Virus record (IMG/VR): IMGVR_UViG_3300030372_004503
Coordinates: 1 to 38,792 of that record
Direction: 5' to 3' (one strand)
Origin: a virus
Taxonomy: Duplodnaviria > Caudoviricetes
DNA: 38,792 nt
Positions 1 through 9,936 of the stretch are shown in pieces. Position 1 is the first letter of the stretch, and every line of letters begins with the position of its first letter. A program made the position numbers and the translations under genes. The notes beneath the pieces were generated by a model that was not told the origin of the DNA, did not search any database, and was given only the letters and a program-made list of their open reading frames with translations.

Positions 1-3000
1 TACCTTTCTCAATACCGTCTCTAACTAATGTCTTATTCTCTATAAAATGAGGATGATAATCGTTAGGGTGAAATGAGCCTGTCTTTTCTAGCATTTGATT
101 TCTTAAAGAACCTATTAGTTTATCATATCCAGCTATAATAGCAGGGTCTGTAGCTCCCTTTCTTTCAAATGTTAAGCGGTCTAAATGAAGTGATCGTGAA
201 ATTTTTCTTAAATTATCTAGACCCATGCTCATATCCATAGGTTTACCACTTTTAATTTGAGTCATTAAATGCTTTGTATATTTAGTTGCATCAATCTTAG
301 GGATATTGCCTAATGGGTCCCAATATTGGATTTTACCTTTTTTAGTAAGAGCAAATTCTAGAATAGGGTCTTTCTTTTCAGGATTTGGAACATATTTCTG
401 AACCTTGCTATCCCACATATAGTGATCGCCTAATATTTTTAACATTGCTTTTTTAGAAGATTCAGTTAAAACATCATTAATTGAATCTACAATTTGTCTA
501 CCAGTTCTTTCAGCAGTACCAGTACCTATTCTTACAGCAAATTTCTGTTTCTCAGTATCATTCCATTCAGCTCTTTCACGAGCTTCTGTTAAATTCCTTT
601 CTAAGCTTGTCATATGATGCTTGTATTGAGTTTTAGACCTTCCCCTATTGGCATTCTTAAAAGCTCTCATATCTCTTTCTGCAGTAGCTACTTCAAAGAA
701 ATCTGCACCCCTACCTTCTGGTAAAGATTCATAACCTGTTTTCTTGAGAAGTTCATTATGAAATTGATTTTTAGTATCTTCATCTAATTTAGTCATAAAG
801 GATTGAGTCTCTCCTAATACATATTGTATAGACTCTATAACTTGAGTAGGTGCCCCAGTAGTACCCGATCTCCAATCTCCTTTAAAGTTTTGAAACCTAC
901 CCTCCTGCTCAAAAAGCTGAAAATCTTTAATCATAAGCTCTTCAGATACAGCTCTAGGAAAGAGGATATGATGCCTTTTTGAGAGCTTAACTATATTATT
1001 TTTTGTCAATTTACCATCTTTAATAAATATATTTCCACTACGCATGTCAGCAAAGAATCTATTCATCACCCTATAGTCTTCTACAGTCATAGCATCAAAG
1101 TTCTTTTGCAGTAGTCCTCTTGCTATTTTATTTAAAGACTGAGGAGTCCCGACGCTATTATGATAATAATTCAAATGACCCACAAGCTCATCAACCATTT
1201 CTCTTTCATGGTTTCTTAAATCCTTAGTAGCCAATTTAGCTCTTTCTCTAGCCTCTCTAATACCAGCTAATTCATCTTCCCATATATCTGGTTGTGCTTT
1301 TTCTTTAGATTCCGCTTCACCAGGCTTTGCTTCAATCTCTTCTTTAATATTAGTCTCTTTAAATTTTCCAATTTTAACTTCATCAAACTCCTTTGCATAT
1401 TCTTTGAAAAAATCACGCAATGGAGCGTCGTATACTAATTCACTTGAAAGACCTGTCTGTTGAAAATAAGTACCACTATTGTTTTTCCATATATCTCTTA
1501 AATGAGGTCTTAAAAAATCTTGCACAGCATTCGGAAGCTTGTCGTAGTAGTAGCTATCCATTAAATTTTTACCCCTATAGAAAGTAGAAAGCATCATAGT
1601 GTCAAAAAGATAAGCTTCTTGGTCACTTAATCTTCCATTGCCACCTTGAGCTTTTTTAAATTTATTTTGATGCTTAAATAAATCTATTCTATCGTTAATT
1701 TTTTGCTGTATTCTAAATGTACCTGCATCTTTATCTGTCTCTAAAAGTTTTTGTAGATACATTTTCCCCTTAGCATCAACCCTAACAAATGTTTGCTCAT
1801 TCATTAAATTAACTAAGCCTTTCTTCTTTTCAGCTCTCTCTAAAGACTTAATATTATTAACAAATTTAGACATTTGGTTAATAAATTTAAGTGAAGTCCC
1901 TGATTCTGTTGCATTATTAATAGCTTTAATAAGTTGCCTAGCAGACACTCTATCCATTGCATCGTTTTGCATGAAGTCAGAAGCCTGTTTATAAATTTTA
2001 TCTATATTCTTTTGTCTAAACTTTTTAGACCTTGTAATAGCAGCACTTAATTCACCAGCATTTTTAAATAATTTAGTATGTTGCCCAGGTAACGAGTACT
2101 TCCAAAAGTTTTCACTTTTAAAGTAATTACTATCCTTAACAGGTAATTTTTCAAAAAAGTCCTTATACAGAGATTTATTGTGAACCATTTCAACTCTAAC
2201 GTCGTGATCCCAAAGTTTTGCTTCAATAGCTTGCCCTATTATAGGATTATAAACAGACCTGAAAGATTTTCTACCTAAAAGCCCACCAGGAACATCAATC
2301 GACTCATTAAGCCTCATAAGCTCTACTGCATCTCCTTTATCATAAAGGTCATATCTATCCTGTAAAGGCTCTCTTTCTACTCTTCTAAGCATATCATCTG
2401 CATAGTTTATAGGCTCAAGCATTTCAACCATCTTGGGAAGCATTAACTTTCTTTGATTTGGAGTTAAACTATGAATAGGTAGCGATTTCTCTTGCATCTC
2501 ATCAAAATAATACCTTCTACCCTCATCCCAATTTTTACTAAAATATGCATTGTTAAAATCTTTAAAAACATTATATAGTCCCTGCTTTGCTTTAAATGTA
2601 GGACTAAATTGACTCCTAACACCTTCATTCCCATTCCAATCTATTTTAAAATAAGAATGCCATGCAGTATCAAAAAAAGACTTAGCACCTGAAAGGCCTA
2701 TTTCATCTAATGGGTCAGAACCAAAAGCAATATGAGCTCTTCCAAGTTCTCTAGCGTATTTTAATTCTGCCTCAGATGTTCTAGGTTCTATATATATTGT
2801 GTGAGACCTTTTCTTTTTACCTTTACCAGTACTAAAAGTAATAGCTTCTCTATAGTCAGGAGTCCAATTCTTTTTAATACTATCGCTTAAAGTCTCCCAT
2901 TTTGCCTCTGTTATAATTTGTCCCTTCTTATTAATATATCTCTGAACTGGATTATGTTGAGAAGCCTCATGAAATGCTTGTAAAATTTGCTTATTTATTA

Positions 3001-6000
3001 CAGCTGGGCCAAGTTGATCCCTACCTTTAGCAGCTCCCTCTCCCATCATATATCTTGATTGAGGGTCATATCTTGATATTAATGATTGTTTTAGCTCCAT
3101 AATGCCGCCTTCACCATCATTAGTAGTGGTTAATAAGTCTTGATATGTAGCTTTACCCTTTTTAATCTTAGCTATAACTTCAGCTTCATGTTTATTCTTA
3201 GGATTTAAATGCTGTAATAAAATTCTTTTACCTGTAGCAGTAATTTCTTCTGACTTATTGTCTTTCATTCTGCCAGTACCCTTTCCATCCTTATCAGTAG
3301 CTTCATATTCTTTTTTATTTCTATGGTACATATCTCTAAACTTTTTCTCTAATCCAAATAATATAGTTGTTTTATCTCCATCCAAATCTGCACCACCTAA
3401 AGCTTTCATAGCCCTAGGATGAAGAACTGCACCATGCCCCTCTATACCTGTGAAGCCAGCAAAGGTTAATTGATGTGCTCCAGAGATTGAATCCATAGGT
3501 GTTCTCATGCTTATAGTTTTAAAAAATTCAGTAACTTTAGGGTACCTGGCTCTTTTTTCAGGAGTGCTATTATAGACATCCCAAAGCTCTCCTAATTCCA
3601 TAGTAGCTTTTTTAGTTGATATTAAGTCACGAACATCATATTTAACCTTTCTATAAGACTCATCTAAGAAGATTAATTCATCTGGATTAGTTACACCATA
3701 TTTTTTCTTTAAATATTGACGAGCAGTCATTCCATCTACCCGATCATCTAAAGATAGGTTCATATCTTTAATACTATCTTTAACTGCAAGCCAAGGGTCT
3801 AAACCTCTCATTCTAGCAGAAACAGACGTCTGATACTTAGGCCTAGTAACTTGATTAACAAAATAATTCCTCATAGCTTGTCTCATATAATCTCTAATAT
3901 TTTTATGAAGAAATATAGATACATCTGGATATATTTCCATAAGACGAGAAATAGAGGATTGAACTGTTTTAGCTTTAGCTATAGCTTCTTGAAATTCTAC
4001 TTTATCTATATTACCGCTATTAAAATCAGAGAGAAGATTATCTGAGTTAACCTTTAATATTTGTTGATATAATTTAGAAACAAGCTCTGGATGGTCAACA
4101 TTTCTAATAGCTTCAGTAATTTCAACTAACCCAAATTTATCCATATTCTTAACTATATCTAGTTGCTCAGCTTCTGTCAAGCTTTCTCTTTTCAAAGCAT
4201 CATATAATTTACCGTTCCACAGAGCCTCACCTTGATAGTTAGTCCCAATATATTTATCTATAAATTCCTCAATAAGCTTTCTATCTATAGGTTTATAAGA
4301 AGATGGTACTAAATTAGATAACAATTGCTTTGGAATCATTTGAGCCTGAAGCATATGATCGGTCTGCTTTTCAGATAAAGAGCCCTTAATGTCGGATAAT
4401 TCCATAGTATATTTCTTACCACTAAAAGCAGCTCCTTGAGTAGCGTCTACATCTAAAACTCCAGGAACTCTAGTTCCAAATTCTTTAGCAGCGCTTACTG
4501 GAATTAATAACTGCCTTTTATTGTCTCTCATCCATTTTGAAGCTTCTGGGCTAGCTTTATGGAACATAAATTTACCTAAAAACATTCCATCGTTTTTGTT
4601 CCCAGACACAATAAAGGACTTATTTTGACCAGACTTAGGCAGTCCAAATGATTCGTTTAATGCATCAACAAACCTTTCTTCTGCCAAAATAGCCCCATCA
4701 GTAGACTCTGCATATAGAGTAGCCTTATCTCTTTTTGTAAGCTTTTTTTGGTCTACAAAAGAATCAGCTTCTTTAAATAAAGAAAAAGTAACTTTATTTC
4801 CTTTATAACCATCTTCATGAACTTCTTTAAACTTTTTAGAATCTAAAGCAAAGCCATCTGTCATCAATATTTGATTTCTTTTATTAAACCCTTTAGCATC
4901 AGGTATTTGAGTATTAAGAAGCTCTCCTTTTTTAGTTTTTATATTAACAACTTTACTTCTTTCACCTATATATTTAGCATACTCTTCTAATGTAAATCTG
5001 CTCTTTAATCCACTTATCTCTCTTTCCCATAATAGGTTAGAAATTATAGCTTCATCAAAAGAATCCTTAGTTAGCAGTCTACCTTTTCCATTAACCCATG
5101 CTTTTTTAAGCGCTTGATGGTGTTTTAAGCCATTCTTTTCAAGGTACCCAGCTATCTCCCTACCTTTTGCATAAATGTCTTTTATTTTGCCTAATTCTTG
5201 ATGATGCTTAAAGAAATACATTTTACCATCAGTTCCCTTGCCTCCAGCATAGTAATAACCTTTTTGAGAGGCTTGATGAATTATTTGCTGAATCAATCTA
5301 TTGGCAGCTTGATTTGCTCCATTCTTTTTCCATTTTGCATCACCCCAAAAATTGTTTTTATCTGCTAGATTTTTCAATTTAATATCATGAAACTTTCCGT
5401 TTTTATCAACAGCTGTAACATGGTCTAATACTATATAAGCTCTTTCAGAAGGCTCTTTTCCAGTAGATCTGATAAGTTCTTCGTATACCATTTCTATAGC
5501 TTTTACAGAATCACCTTGAAGCTTAGAATTTCCTGCATTAGTAGTTGGTCTATCTGATGGCATCATTTCAAGAGTGCCGTTAACCATTTTACCATCAGGT
5601 GTTGTATAGAAGTTAAAGGTAGCATGAGGAACTTGACGCTGCATATTTCGTCTCATTAACATTTGCCTTAATTCCCCTCTAGCAGCTGCATCAAAACTAG
5701 GTTGCTCTGGAAAAGCTTTTTGTATATCTTCTATAAAGGCTGTATCATCAATATGCTTACCATTATACTTATTATAATGCTTTTCTAATATACCTGCCAT
5801 TTCTTTCTTTGCATTACCTTTTATACTAGCAATAGTCTCAGGAGTAGCTCCTTCTGGATATATTTTATCTAAGTACTTATTAATAAAGAATTCTGATTTT
5901 TTCTGTATAACCATATCAGGAGTAGCACCAACATCAGAAGATGTAGAGTCATCTATCACTTCATCTTCAATTTTCTCATCTTTTAACTCTGCTTTAGCTC

Positions 6001-7570
6001 TTTCCCTTACATCTGTTAATTCGTATAGTTTATTATTAAGGTATTCATATGTTTTTGGAGCATCTTTCTTTAAAGCATTCCCAACTCCTTTTCTAAGAAC
6101 AACGATTTGTTTATCGTCTCCTATCTTATCAAAGACTTCCTCTTTTAGCCTTTTTCTATTAAGAGCAAGATTTTCATCTTTTAGATTAATGGGAATAACA
6201 ATAGCATTATCTTTATTCCTAAGACTTGCAGGCGCATTAGAGTCAATTAAAAATACTTTTTCAGGGTTTTGAGTCATTAATGCAGGAGTGATCCCTTCAA
6301 CTGCTTCTAGTTTTTCGCCAAGTTTGGCAGCCTTCTGTTCAACTTGAGCTCTTTCAACTCCTTTAGTAACCTCATTTATAACTATATCTCTATCAATAAG
6401 CTTCTCAAGTCCTGCTTTATCTAGCACTTCTGCTGACATACGAGCCTGAGCACTATGAGTACCATGTCTTAGAGTTATATTTTCTAATACAGATTTTTGA
6501 ACATCTTCGGGTAGCTTGTCCCAGCCTTTAACAAGTCTAGGGTCGTATACTGCTTGGTCCCAATTATAAGGATTACCATCTTCATCTAGCCTCTTTAAAG
6601 CCTTAGCATTAGTCTTGGCTTGCTTCTCAGTTTTTTGCACATGCTTCATAGCTGCCATTTGACCAGCAGTAGTTTCATGAGCACCGAAATAGGCACCTAA
6701 CAACCAAGAATATACTTGTTCAGGAGTAGTTTCTCCTCTCATTTTAGAAGCTAAGCCTTCATATACTGACATAGCTCCCATTCTTAAATATTGGTCTTCT
6801 TGTTGAGTAACATTAAGAACTTTTTTACCAGTTTTAGGGTCTATACTAGGGATACCACCACGATTAATTAAGTTTGCCACACCTCTAAATACACCACCAG
6901 TAAGAGCTCCATGTAAAGCTCCATCAATCATGGCTTTAGCACCGTACTGCCAAGCGCCAACTCCACTTGCTATACCAAGATGAAAAGCTCCTTCGGCTAC
7001 ATGACCAACTTTATCTCCAGTTAAAAATGTAGCAGCATCTTTAAATGCTTTATTTTTAGCACCTGTAGCTTTTCCTAATGTTTGAGCTATAATTGGAGAC
7101 ACTTTTTCAGTAGCTTTTCTAGCAACTACCATAGGTACAGATTTTCCTCTCAATGCTTTAGCGGCATCAACTAGAGACTGAGAGCGTAATAATTTTCCAG
7201 GCAAAGTTGGAACATAGCCAACAAAACCTGCCAATTCTCCAACAGACCTTGCTATTCTTTCATATGGATTTTGAGAAGGCTCTCCTACTTGAAATGTAGA
7301 AAAACCAGATATAAAACCTTCACCAACACCTCTTATAGCTCTTAATAGGTTAAAGTTTCTATCTTTAGGACTACCAACTCTTTCATTAGTAGTAGGTACA
7401 TCAGGGATTTCTAACTTATAATGAACGGCATGATTTTTTATAGCAGCAACAGATTCGCTTCTAAATAAATGAGGCTTAGCTAAGTAAGCCTTTAACATTC
7501 TCTCTGTTTGCGCCCTATCGTAGAAAGGCTTAAACTGGACTAAACTATCCAGCTTATCTAGTGGATTCAT
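1..7570 (-). CDS. Giant (>2,520 aa, 3'-truncated by window) virion protein containing a single-chain two-barrel RNA polymerase; putative virion RNAP
   Basis: ATG at 7570 (MNPLDKLDSLVQFKPFYD...), just past the stop of the upstream ORF. Every segment I translated is in this frame and stop-free down to base 2; absence from the ORF track fits no in-window stop. Motifs: STDGAIL (D958, 4697-4699), LGKF (K1000), SAAKEF (K1029), MRTPMDS (R1356), LGGADLDGDKTTILF (DLDGD at 3374-3388, residues 1395-1399), GRDQLGPAVIN (~3000). Confidence 0.9.
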   Translation of the reverse strand, partial: MNPLDKLDSLVQFKPFYDRAQTERMLKAYLAKPHLFRSESVAAIKNHAVHYKLEIPDVPTTNERVGSPKDRNFNLLRAIRGVGEGFISGFSTFQVGEPSQNPYERIARSVGELAGFVGYVPTLPGKLLRSQSLVDAAKALRGKSVPMVVARKATEKVSPIIAQTLGKATGAKNKAFKDAATFLTGDKVGHVAEGAFHLGIASGVGAWQYGAKAMIDGALHGALTGGVFRGVANLINRGGIPSIDPKTGKKVLNVTQQEDQYLRMGAMSVYEGLASKMRGETTPEQVYSWLLGAYFGAHETTAGQMAAMKHVQKTEKQAKTNAKALKRLDEDGNPYNWDQAVYDPRLVKGWDKLPEDVQKSVLENITLRHGTHSAQARMSAEVLDKAGLEKLIDRDIVINEVTKGVERAQVEQKAAKLGEKLEAVEGITPALMTQNPEKVFLIDSNAPASLRNKDNAIVIPINLKDENLALNRKRLKEEVFDKIGDDKQIVVLRKGVGNALKKDAPKTYEYLNNKLYELTDVRERAKAELKDEKIEDEVIDDSTSSDVGATPDMVIQKKSEFFINKYLDKIYPEGATPETIASIKGNAKKEMAGILEKHYNKYNGKHIDDTAFIEDIQKAFPEQPSFDAAARGELRQMLMRRNMQRQVPHATFNFYTTPDGKMVNGTLEMMPSDRPTTNAGNSKLQGDSVKAIEMVYEELIRSTGKEPSERAYIVLDHVTAVDKNGKFHDIKLKNLADKNNFWGDAKWKKNGANQAANRLIQQIIHQASQKGYYYAGGKGTDGKMYFFKHHQELGKIKDIYAKGREIAGYLEKNGLKHHQALKKAWVNGKGRLLTKDSFDEAIISNLLWEREISGLKSRFTLEEYAKYIGERSKVVNIKTKKGELLNTQIPDAKGFNKRNQILMTDGFALDSKKFKEVHEDGYKGNKVTFSLFKEADSFVDQKKLTKRDKATLYAESTDGAILAEERFVDALNESFGLPKSGQNKSFIVSGNKNDGMFLGKFMFHKASPEASKWMRDNKRQLLIPVSAAKEFGTRVPGVLDVDATQGAAFSGKKYTMELSDIKGSLSEKQTDHMLQAQMIPKQLLSNLVPSSYKPIDRKLIEEFIDKYIGTNYQGEALWNGKLYDALKRESLTEAEQLDIVKNMDKFGLVEITEAIRNVDHPELVSKLYQQILKVNSDNLLSDFNSGNIDKVEFQEAIAKAKTVQSSISRLMEIYPDVSIFLHKNIRDYMRQAMRNYFVNQVTRPKYQTSVSARMRGLDPWLAVKDSIKDMNLSLDDRVDGMTARQYLKKKYGVTNPDELIFLDESYRKVKYDVRDLISTKKATMELGELWDVYNSTPEKRARYPKVTEFFKTISMRTPMDSISGAHQLTFAGFTGIEGHGAVLHPRAMKALGGADLDGDKTTILFGLEKKFRDMYHRNKKEYEATDKDGKGTGRMKDNKSEEITATGKRILLQHLNPKNKHEAEVIAKIKKGKATYQDLLTTTNDGEGGIMELKQSLISRYDPQSRYMMGEGAAKGRDQLGPAVINKQILQAFHEASQHNPVQRYINKKGQIITEAKWETLSDSIKKNWTPDYREAITFSTGKGKKKRSHTIYIEPRTSEAELKYARELGRAHIAFGSDPLDEIGLSGAKSFFDTAWHSYFKIDWNGNEGVRSQFSPTFKAKQGLYNVFKDFNNAYFSKNWDEGRRYYFDEMQEKSLPIHSLTPNQRKLMLPKMVEMLEPINYADDMLRRVEREPLQDRYDLYDKGDAVELMRLNESIDVPGGLLGRKSFRSVYNPIIGQAIEAKLWDHDVRVEMVHNKSLYKDFFEKLPVKDSNYFKSENFWKYSLPGQHTKLFKNAGELSAAITRSKKFRQKNIDKIYKQASDFMQNDAMDRVSARQLIKAINNATESGTSLKFINQMSKFVNNIKSLERAEKKKGLVNLMNEQTFVRVDAKGKMYLQKLLETDKDAGTFRIQQKINDRIDLFKHQNKFKKAQGGNGRLSDQEAYLFDTMMLSTFYRGKNLMDSYYYDKLPNAVQDFLRPHLRDIWKNNSGTYFQQTGLSSELVYDAPLRDFFKEYAKEFDEVKIGKFKETNIKEEIEAKPGEAESKEKAQPDIWEDELAGIREARERAKLATKDLRNHEREMVDELVGHLNYYHNSVGTPQSLNKIARGLLQKNFDAMTVEDYRVMNRFFADMRSGNIFIKDGKLTKNNIVKLSKRHHILFPRAVSEELMIKDFQLFEQEGRFQNFKGDWRSGTTGAPTQVIESIQYVLGETQSFMTKLDEDTKNQFHNELLKKTGYESLPEGRGADFFEVATAERDMRAFKNANRGRSKTQYKHHMTSLERNLTEARERAEWNDTEKQKFAVRIGTGTAERTGRQIVDSINDVLTESSKKAMLKILGDHYMWDSKVQKYVPNPEKKDPILEFALTKKGKIQYWDPLGNIPKIDATKYTKHLMTQIKSGKPMDMSMGLDNLRKISRSLHLDRLTFERKGATDPAIIAGYDKLIGSLRNQMLEKTGSFHPNDYHPHFIENKTLVRDGIEKG

Positions 7571-7573
7571 TTA

Positions 7574-8875
7574 TTACCCCATATTAGTCTGACTAAACTG
7601 ATTGTATGGATCGTAAGGATCTTCTGCGTTCTCTAACTCTTCCCTACTAGGAGTTCTCATACCGCTTAAAGTACTCCCTGCTAACCCTGCTCCTCCTAGA
7701 GCAAAGGCTGTATCCATATTAGCCAAGCTTCTTAGTCCCCCAGCACCGCTTGTTACTCCTGCGGCAGATGGAGTTCCTCCCATACTAACTAAGTGTGGTA
7801 TTGCATCCTTAATTCTAGTAGCACCTTTTTGAGCTAATGATGCTACGATTTTTTCAGCCTGGTCTGTTGTTAATGACACTTTACTATCTGAAGCAAGTTT
7901 TTGTATCCTTTTAGCAGTAATGTAAGGATTACCTCTAAGGTCTATCTGATTTACTATAGACCTTAAGTCTGTAGCAGAAACACCTGCTACTTTATCTGTG
8001 GCTCTAGCTCCAGTTGTTAATTGTCTGATTAATTCATTACCTGTTTTGCCTGTATGTTTTCTTGTAATTTGACTTGTTAATGTAGCTATTTGAGCTGGAC
8101 TCAAATTAGCACCTTTAACTACAGCTTCTAAATTACCGCCTTCTTTAATTGCTTTTCTAGCCTGCCATAATACATTTGCAGTACCGCCTTCCCCTGTTCT
8201 GCCTAATTTAGCAGCTCTATCTGTAGCCCATTTCCATCCTTGGCCAGCACCATAAGGTGTAAGAGCTCTTTTACCAGCTTCAATTGAGCCAGTTGTTAAT
8301 CTTCCAAGAGGTAGTTTTGATAAAGCAGTAGGAACTACTTTAGCAGCTGCAAGTCCAGTACCCCCTAAAGCTTTTGCTCCAGCAGATATTTTACCTAATC
8401 CTTGTGCGCCTCTTATAGCAGTGCCTATTCCTGCACCAGCTTTTCCAACATTACCTAAAGCAGCACCAACAGTAGGAGCAGCAGCACCACCTGTTAAGGC
8501 AGTCGCTACAACAGCCCCAACAACCTGTGCTACAGCACCAGTAATTTTAGCTGCATTAGCAGTAGTTCTAGTACTCTCGTCTGAATACCAAGAATCGGGA
8601 ATCAAATCAAATGCTATAGAATCTAATAAACCTACTCCACCAGCAAGTGCGTGTTCTCCAAAACCTGCAGTAGGCACAACTCTTTTAAATGGGATCTGGT
8701 ATTGCAAAGCAAGGCTTTCTAGTTGATTTACCATGCCTTTATTAAAAGTTTTAGGATTAGCTTGATACATCCTAATATAATGAGAAACTCTTTTTCGCTC
8801 ATTTTTTCTCATTCTTTCTTCTGGAGTTACAGGGGTATTCATTGCACCCATTCCCATATTTTGCATTAAAGGCAT
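7574..8875 (-). CDS. Putative internal virion/ejection protein with Gly/Ala-rich hydrophobic helices
   Basis: 433 aa; AGGAGA RBS; hydrophobic stretch ITGAVAQVVGAVVATALTGGAAAPTVGAAL; lies immediately upstream of the giant protein, the usual position of podovirus ejection proteins. Confidence 0.65.
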   Translation of the reverse strand: MPLMQNMGMGAMNTPVTPEERMRKNERKRVSHYIRMYQANPKTFNKGMVNQLESLALQYQIPFKRVVPTAGFGEHALAGGVGLLDSIAFDLIPDSWYSDESTRTTANAAKITGAVAQVVGAVVATALTGGAAAPTVGAALGNVGKAGAGIGTAIRGAQGLGKISAGAKALGGTGLAAAKVVPTALSKLPLGRLTTGSIEAGKRALTPYGAGQGWKWATDRAAKLGRTGEGGTANVLWQARKAIKEGGNLEAVVKGANLSPAQIATLTSQITRKHTGKTGNELIRQLTTGARATDKVAGVSATDLRSIVNQIDLRGNPYITAKRIQKLASDSKVSLTTDQAEKIVASLAQKGATRIKDAIPHLVSMGGTPSAAGVTSGAGGLRSLANMDTAFALGGAGLAGSTLSGMRTPSREELENAEDPYDPYNQFSQTNMG

Positions 8876-8884
8876 ATTATTCTC

Positions 8885-9934
8885 CTATTCCCAATCCCAG
8901 CTTTCCATACTGGATAGTAGTTTTTCTGTTCCATCAAAATTAATATATACTTTTCTATCCTTACCTTTTCCTTTAAGGATTATCTCATAAGTATCGTCAG
9001 CAAAGCCCATTCCAACATCTCCGTCGTTTTCAGTAATAGTCCAACTGTCTGGACCAGATTGCTGAATCCACATAGTATCAGAGTAGTCTCCTGCCCAATC
9101 TCCAGACTCGCCATCTTTACTTGCTTTAGCTGCTGCCATTATAAGATTATAGTCATCTACATCATCTCCTGAAGGAGCGGTAGTATATCCTTTAAACTCA
9201 ATACCTCCGCCCCACTCATCTCTATCAGCATGAACATCAGACCACTCTCCAGAACTGTATCCTGAAGGAATTGAAAATGCGTCATCTACATCACTACTTA
9301 CAGAACCAATATCCTTAATAGCGTCTCCAATATCCTCATCTTCTGGCAATGTATTACCAATATCAATATTATATCTTCTAAATGCGTTTTCTAATCCTTC
9401 GTGCCTATCAAAAAAGGCTGTAACCTCATCGGCATCCATACCTACGAACATTTTTTGAATATTATTTAACTGATGTTTTGCATAGTCTTCTGTTTGCGAA
9501 GAGATTGTAGCAATATCATCCATTGTAAGCTGAACTCCACCATATTCATCGCCATCAAGACCAGCGGCAAGATTCATTATGGTTCCATAATTACTCTTAC
9601 CTTCCCAGTCTTTTAATATCTCATTTGCGTTATCTGCTACTAATATATTCCCGTCTGGCCCCATACTAAAAGGAGAAGAAGTATTAATGTCGCCATAAAC
9701 GCTTCTTAGCACAGCATCACGCTTTTTATTTAGATTATTAGTCCTTTGAATCTTTTCAAATTCAGCTTGCTTAGCTTGCCTTAAAATTGAGTCATTTTCT
9801 TGCTTTTCTTTAAACTCTCTTTCCCAATTTTTTTGGTCTTGCTTTTTATTCCAAACATCAACAACACGATTCAACGAATTGTTCATCGCATCAGTTAATA
9901 CTTGATGTCCTTGATATGTTCCGAAGTTAGGCAT
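8885..9934 (-). CDS. Hypothetical protein, probable internal virion protein
   Basis: 349 aa; N-terminal charged coiled coil, very acidic C-terminal half; within the ejection cluster. Confidence 0.5.
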   Translation of the reverse strand: MPNFGTYQGHQVLTDAMNNSLNRVVDVWNKKQDQKNWEREFKEKQENDSILRQAKQAEFEKIQRTNNLNKKRDAVLRSVYGDINTSSPFSMGPDGNILVADNANEILKDWEGKSNYGTIMNLAAGLDGDEYGGVQLTMDDIATISSQTEDYAKHQLNNIQKMFVGMDADEVTAFFDRHEGLENAFRRYNIDIGNTLPEDEDIGDAIKDIGSVSSDVDDAFSIPSGYSSGEWSDVHADRDEWGGGIEFKGYTTAPSGDDVDDYNLIMAAAKASKDGESGDWAGDYSDTMWIQQSGPDSWTITENDGDVGMGFADDTYEIILKGKGKDRKVYINFDGTEKLLSSMESWDWE

Positions 9935-9936
9935 AT

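Noticed and set aside
1-7570. T7/N4-type single-subunit (Pol A-like) RNAP, or an intein in the giant ORF
   Set aside because: The motifs found are two-barrel type. I saw no DxxGR or Rx3Kx7YG pattern, or intein/LAGLIDADG signature, in the parts I translated, but I did not read every residue.
7574-8875. Tape-measure protein call for the Ala/Gly-rich ORF
   Set aside because: No tail tube, sheath or tail-assembly-chaperone genes; the context is a podovirus ejection cluster.
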